From: a virus
Lineage: Duplodnaviria; Caudoviricetes
IMG/VR virus record: IMGVR_UViG_3300020460_000006
Location: 1 to 39,865 of that record
DNA length: 39,865 nt
Reading direction: 5' to 3' (one strand)
The position numbers were made by a program, and so were the translations under genes. The notes beneath the pieces are model-generated. The model was given only the letters and a program-made list of their open reading frames with translations, made no database searches and was not told the DNA's origin. Shown in pieces: positions 36,050 through 39,865 of the stretch. The first letter of the stretch is position 1. Each line of letters opens with the position of its first letter.

Positions 36050-36350
36050 CCCTGCGCTCTGCGAGCCCAAAGGTGGGGGTGCCCCGGCTTTCGGGAGGCA
36101 GGAGCCTTCGGGCTGGGCGCTGGGTGGGGTGAAATCGAGCGTAGCGATGATGAGGGGCTTGCCCCTAAGGTGAATGCTTAGACGCTCATATCCTTGAGCG
36201 TGCATTTCACCTTGGGGTGAAATTTGGGTGAATATCCTTTCACTCAAATGAGGGGCTTGCCCCTCCAGAATGGATGCGCTTGCGCATTCCTTATCAAGGC
36301 GCGAAATTGCAGCCCCGGAGCGCGGTGCGTGCGCCCCGGAGCTGCAATCC
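36050..36350 (+). ncRNA. Candidate structured ncRNA or ssDNA element
   Basis: Continuous hairpins, C(TTCG)G and G(CTTG)C loops, a duplicated 17-mer and + strand G-T pairs. Confidence 0.5.
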
Positions 36351-36370
36351 GGATCTGGGCCTACGTCTCT

Positions 36371-36847
36371 CTACTTGGCCGGGGTGTCGAAGGTCGGGAT
36401 CGACTTCGCCATGTGGATCGCGAACTCGTTCTTCCAGCCCTCGGCGTCCGTATACGAGGCGTTCGGGTCATCCTTGATGCGAAGAAGGTTGACGACGACG
36501 CGCTTCCCCTTCAAGCACTGAAGCTTCCCGGCCGGGAGTCCGGATGCCCCGGCCTCCTTGCTGGCCTTCGACAGCGGAGCCTTGCCCATCGTCGCGTTCC
36601 AGAGCGCGGCGAACTTCGCGAGTTCGAGCTTGGTAACGCCTGCGTTGATCTTCAGGGGTCCGTGCTCCTGCCCGGTCTCGTCAACGAAGTGGATCAGAGC
36701 ATACTGATACCGCCCGTGCTTGGAGTGCGACGCCTCGTTCATCTGGGCACGAGTGATCGTAACCATGTGGCGTCCTTCGTCGAGGGCACGGGGGTTTTCG
36801 GTCGCGCTCATCAGTTCGTTAATCGAAAGCATTTCGGTCATTCTCAT
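36371..36847 (-). CDS. Possible DUF669-like OB-fold ssDNA-binding protein
   Basis: LDEGRH.VTI..A and LKGKRVVV patterns; GC-rich codons. Confidence 0.45.
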   Translation of the reverse strand: MRMTEMLSINELMSATENPRALDEGRHMVTITRAQMNEASHSKHGRYQYALIHFVDETGQEHGPLKINAGVTKLELAKFAALWNATMGKAPLSKASKEAGASGLPAGKLQCLKGKRVVVNLLRIKDDPNASYTDAEGWKNEFAIHMAKSIPTFDTPAK

Positions 36848-36940
36848 TCTCCAATTTGTGGACCACTGCGGTCCTTTTCTGAATTTGTGAGAGGGGCCGT
36901 CCCCCCCGCCGCGGAGGGGGGGCGCCCCGTTTGAGCATCG

Positions 36941-37564
36941 CTACTCGGGATTCTCCGCCTTTCGGAGCAGCGCGATGTAGTTCGACTCGTCTACGAGTTC
37001 GGGCTTTCCGAAGTCGTCAAAGACGGTCGCTCCGTGGTCGTCGAGCTTGCTGAAGCGGTAGTCCCAACTGAAGCCTGCGGACTCCGCATAGAGCTGGTTG
37101 GGCGAGTCATAGCCCTCGGACTCAAACTCGAACGTCCGCTCGTGGAATGCTTGGCCGCAGTCGTGGCAGAGGACTCGCGTTTCGTCGAAGAGGTGCGTCT
37201 TGCAGACCTGACAGCATCGAGCCTCCTGCTCCCGGAGCCAAGCATCGTGGAGCGATCGAGCGATGGCACGGAGCAACGCTTGCTGCTCGTCCGGCTCGCG
37301 GTCCCAAGCCTCGGCCTCGCGAAGAAGGTCGCCGAGGCGTTCGGTCACATCCTCGAACTTGCGGGTCCATGCGACGGCTGCTCGGTCAGAGCGTTCGTGC
37401 TGGGCGTCAGGGTCAACTGGGATGTCGGACATCCAGAACGTCCGGCCCGCGAGGTCGCGGACCCACTTGTTGTCTGCACCCCGGTCCCGCTTGGACTGGG
37501 CCTCCATCGATGCCAGCATGGCATCCTTGATGGCTTCGAGGCGCTCGTAGTAACGATCTTGCAT
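36941..37564 (-). CDS. Early hypothetical protein with a CxxC-CxxC zinc finger
   Basis: AGGAG SD; CQVC...CHDC. Confidence 0.7.
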   Translation of the reverse strand: MQDRYYERLEAIKDAMLASMEAQSKRDRGADNKWVRDLAGRTFWMSDIPVDPDAQHERSDRAAVAWTRKFEDVTERLGDLLREAEAWDREPDEQQALLRAIARSLHDAWLREQEARCCQVCKTHLFDETRVLCHDCGQAFHERTFEFESEGYDSPNQLYAESAGFSWDYRFSKLDDHGATVFDDFGKPELVDESNYIALLRKAENPE

Positions 37565-37592
37565 TGCTATCTCCTATTATAAGCTTAACGGT

Positions 37593-37802
37593 CTATGAAG
37601 TGAACTTCGTCAATTGCGCAAACGTCTCTTCTGCGACGGCAAGGCGGTCGTCTGCTTCTGCGATATACGGAATCTCCCAGTAGTCGTCGGAGTCGGCTTC
37701 GAGGTAGCTACCCCCTTCGTAATATTGATCGGAATACCGCTGAACCTCAGCATACGCCCGATCAAGCTCTCGCTCCCAAATTTTAATCAGTCCTTCGATC
37801 AT
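37593..37802 (-). CDS. Small acidic, Tyr-rich early protein
   Basis: AAGGAG SD; 69 aa. Confidence 0.7.
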   Translation of the reverse strand: MIEGLIKIWERELDRAYAEVQRYSDQYYEGGSYLEADSDDYWEIPYIAEADDRLAVAEETFAQLTKFTS

Positions 37803-37829
37803 GCTCGTCTCCTTCTTGCGCCCGCCCTA

Positions 37830-38505
37830 CTGCGTGCACCACGGGGGACCCACTGGTAGCAAAGGCCGGAGGTTTTGTGGCTGGAGGAAAAGTTCTCGCA
37901 GCGATCTGATCCTATCCTGGGGCGCCCGTCCACGAAGTGGACAAAAGTGGGCGCGAAAATTGTCCTCAATTTTCTCAGTCGCGAGGACAGTTTTCTGGAA
38001 GCCACAAAATTGCTCTTACCCGCATGGCTTTGCTTTGGATTGAACTGGGCAAAACTCCCAGCGGGGAAGGCAACCTTTGCTATTGGTGGGTAACCCGTGT
38101 GTGTATCTGCGTCGTTTCAATGGATTTGCATGGGGGAGTCCGCGAACCCCATGCAAATAGGCGGTCTCGCCCGCCGTCCAATTGAAACGCGTTGAGTGTA
38201 GACACCCTCGATGGGTGTCGGAGCGACTCCGGAGGGCGCTATTTACGTAAAGCGAATCTGTCAGCAGAGAACGAGGTTCGACGCCGATGCGTTGGTTTTT
38301 TCTCAGCGTTACTTGTTTTGCGCCCGCATGCCGCTCCGTAGTCCTCGGAGGACGGCCAGTACAGTGGTGCAGCGGCGTTACGCTGCTTCCGTTAGGGCGT
38401 TGGAGTAGGCGAGCACGCCCCCCGCCGGGGAAGGGCGGGTGAGCTTGAGCATTCTAATGCCGCGGGAAGAGCCACGCAGAAACCAGCCGGTTTCTCGTGT
38501 TCCCA
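37830..38505 (+). ncRNA. Candidate giant structured ncRNA or ssDNA fold-back element (about 680 nt)
   Basis: Long nested and branched helices with many + strand G-T pairs; no credible ORF. Confidence 0.55.
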
Positions 38506-38512
38506 GCCCAAT

Positions 38513-38878
38513 TCATGCATCAGAGTCAGGGAGAACAGCAGCAATGTGGTCTGGCACGAAAGAAAGCGCAGAACGTCGAGCGTCGAGGTAATTGGAACGA
38601 GCAATGGCTGCATTCCGGTCACGAGAGCGTTGGCTGGAGCGTCGTGAGGCGTAGATGTGGGTCAGGCCACGCAGGGCAACTGGCATGACGCTTGGGATGC
38701 GAATGACGCCGCGCTCCCATCGCGAGATGGTGGAGCGCGTGACGCCAAGGTCTTGGGCAAGCTGGGTCTGGGTTTTGCTATAGCGTTCGCGGAATTGCTT
38801 GATGTCCGAGGGTGTGGCGCGTTGGTGCTTCACGAGGAAGTTGTCCCGGTTGTGCAATAAAGACGTGCTTTGATGCAC
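38513..38878 (-). CDS. XRE-family HTH regulator (start uncertain)
   Basis: IKQFRERYSKTQTQLAQDLGVTRSTISRWERG. Confidence 0.85.
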   Translation of the reverse strand: MHQSTSLLHNRDNFLVKHQRATPSDIKQFRERYSKTQTQLAQDLGVTRSTISRWERGVIRIPSVMPVALRGLTHIYASRRSSQRSRDRNAAIARSNYLDARRSALSFVPDHIAAVLPDSDA

Positions 38879-39090
38879 ACCGTACCGAAAATAGATCTAT
38901 GGGTCTACGATGCACTGCGTTTGTGGGTGAGTGTGGTGTCCCAGCGCATTCGTTCGTGTTCTGCGCAAGCGCAACGAGGGTGGGGGGTACCCCCGCCTTT
39001 GGGCTCGTAGAGTGCAGGTAAAATCTCGATTCTCAGTCTGGACTCATTTTTATCTCTTACAATACAAGTATAGTATTGAAGCAATTTTAG

Positions 39091-39120
39091 TTGACAAGGC
39101 TATAAAAAAGCTCTTAAAAT
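39091..39120 (+). promoter_or_regulatory. Sigma70-type promoter for the packaging/virion operon
   Basis: TTGACA-18 nt-TAAAAT in an AT-rich island upstream of terS. Confidence 0.65.
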
Positions 39121-39244
39121 GTTAAGGGACGCAACGTAAAGTTAACGTAATGACAGTCTGCCTTTCCCCGCTTGAGCGGGGACGGCAGACAACGTAGTGT
39201 TGTTACATTGGGGTTTAAGTACCCTTGCGTCTTGAGGTTGATTC

Positions 39245-39844
39245 TTGATCGACGAGATATTAGAAGAGTACGAGAACCTGACTGATCAGGAGAAGCTCGG
39301 AAAGCCTCTGGACAATATGCGACATGAGATCTTTGCGGTCCATGTCGCTACGGGCAGAAGCCTTCAGGATTCGTACCGCGCAGCGTTCGGTATCCCCGAG
39401 GGTGGGACGGTAGGGAGTCGGCCCGGAGCCTTAGTCAAGAAATCCCCCGTTCGGATACGGATCGGCCACCTTGCCACGCAGCGGGCAGAGATGGTCATCA
39501 ACCGTTCCCTACTGACCGAAAAAAACATCCTAGACGAGTACGCTTGGGGTGTCCGAAATGCCCGTGACCAACTGAGGTTCAAAGAACACAAAGGATACCT
39601 AGATAGCCTTTCTAAGATCTTTGGATTATTTTCGGAATCTGACTCTAAGAACGAGATGGCAAACAAGTCCATCGAAGAGCTTCGACAAGAAGTAAAGATG
39701 TTGGAGGAAGAGTTTGGATCAGTCGGAGGAGTACAAGAATCTCCAGCGCAAGGCCCGGATTTTGCGCGAGATGTCACGCCGGAAGCTGGAGAGCTATCAG
39801 CCGTACTCGAAGCAGATGGAGTTCCATCAGACCGGAAGCACTAA
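39245..39844 (+). CDS. terS: Terminase small subunit
   Basis: RHEIFA..VATG.S..DSYRAAF helix-turn-helix-like N-terminus and LSKIFGLF; directly upstream of terL; GAGGT SD. Confidence 0.8.
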   Translation: MIDEILEEYENLTDQEKLGKPLDNMRHEIFAVHVATGRSLQDSYRAAFGIPEGGTVGSRPGALVKKSPVRIRIGHLATQRAEMVINRSLLTEKNILDEYAWGVRNARDQLRFKEHKGYLDSLSKIFGLFSESDSKNEMANKSIEELRQEVKMLEEEFGSVGGVQESPAQGPDFARDVTPEAGELSAVLEADGVPSDRKH

Positions 39845-39865
39845 CCGTGAACGGTGCTTCATGGC
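39714..39865 (+). CDS. terL: 5' part of terminase large subunit (continues at position 78)
   Basis: GGAGG (39703-39707) then TTG 39714: MDQSEEYKNLQRKARILREMSRRKLESYQPYSKQMEF, in frame with 28..1326. Confidence 0.8.
   Translation, partial: MDQSEEYKNLQRKARILREMSRRKLESYQPYSKQMEFHQTGSTNRERCFM

Noticed and set aside
36147-36170. Hammerhead ribozyme (ATGATGA-GGGG-CTTG-CCCC-TAAG)
   Set aside because: The core deviates from CUGANGA and GAAA, and no stems I/III with an NUH site are found.
36224-38688. Many + strand and alternate-frame ORFs (e.g. 36224..36934, 37034..37582, 37799..38005, 38211..38408)
   Set aside because: Shadow ORFs of GC-rich or structured DNA, lacking SD sequences and protein-like composition.
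39789-39865. 77-bp end repeat as a biological terminal repeat
   Set aside because: It falls inside terS/terL and matches a typical assembler k-mer overlap.
1-39865. Stop-codon recoding, DGR, integrase/att site or retron
   Set aside because: Genes are intact in code 11, and no suppressor tRNA, reverse transcriptase or integrase-type recombinase motifs were recognised.

Overview
The window is a complete, circularly assembled dsDNA tailed-phage genome. Bases 1-77 are repeated exactly at 39789-39865, giving a unit length of 39,788 bp. The virion module is podovirus-type (BPP-1/T7-like) on the + strand: TerS, TerL split across the junction, portal, scaffold, major capsid, two cement-like paralogues, adaptor, nozzle, a GNAT-like protein and three ejection proteins. 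A Gram-negative lysis cassette follows (M15 endolysin, holin, overlapping spanins), then a metallophosphoesterase. A mostly minus-strand early/middle arm carries RuvC, a RepA/AAA_25 helicase, an inverted SSB-ERF block, DUF4241, DUF932, two HTH proteins, many small ORFs and five CCA-ending tRNAs that all read A-ending codons. I recognise no integrase, DNA polymerase, primase or RNA polymerase. Two things stand out. First, very large, ornate fold-back structures fill the non-coding blocks of the 35-39 kb early region. They sit upstream of successive minus-strand gene groups, yet their G-T wobble pairs favour folding of the + (template/antisense) strand, so they may be new giant ncRNAs or single-stranded-DNA promoter/origin elements. 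Second, the 1595-aa ejection protein carries a staphylococcal-nuclease-like domain and a truncated transglycosylase-like domain. All family calls come from motif recognition by eye, not from database searches.
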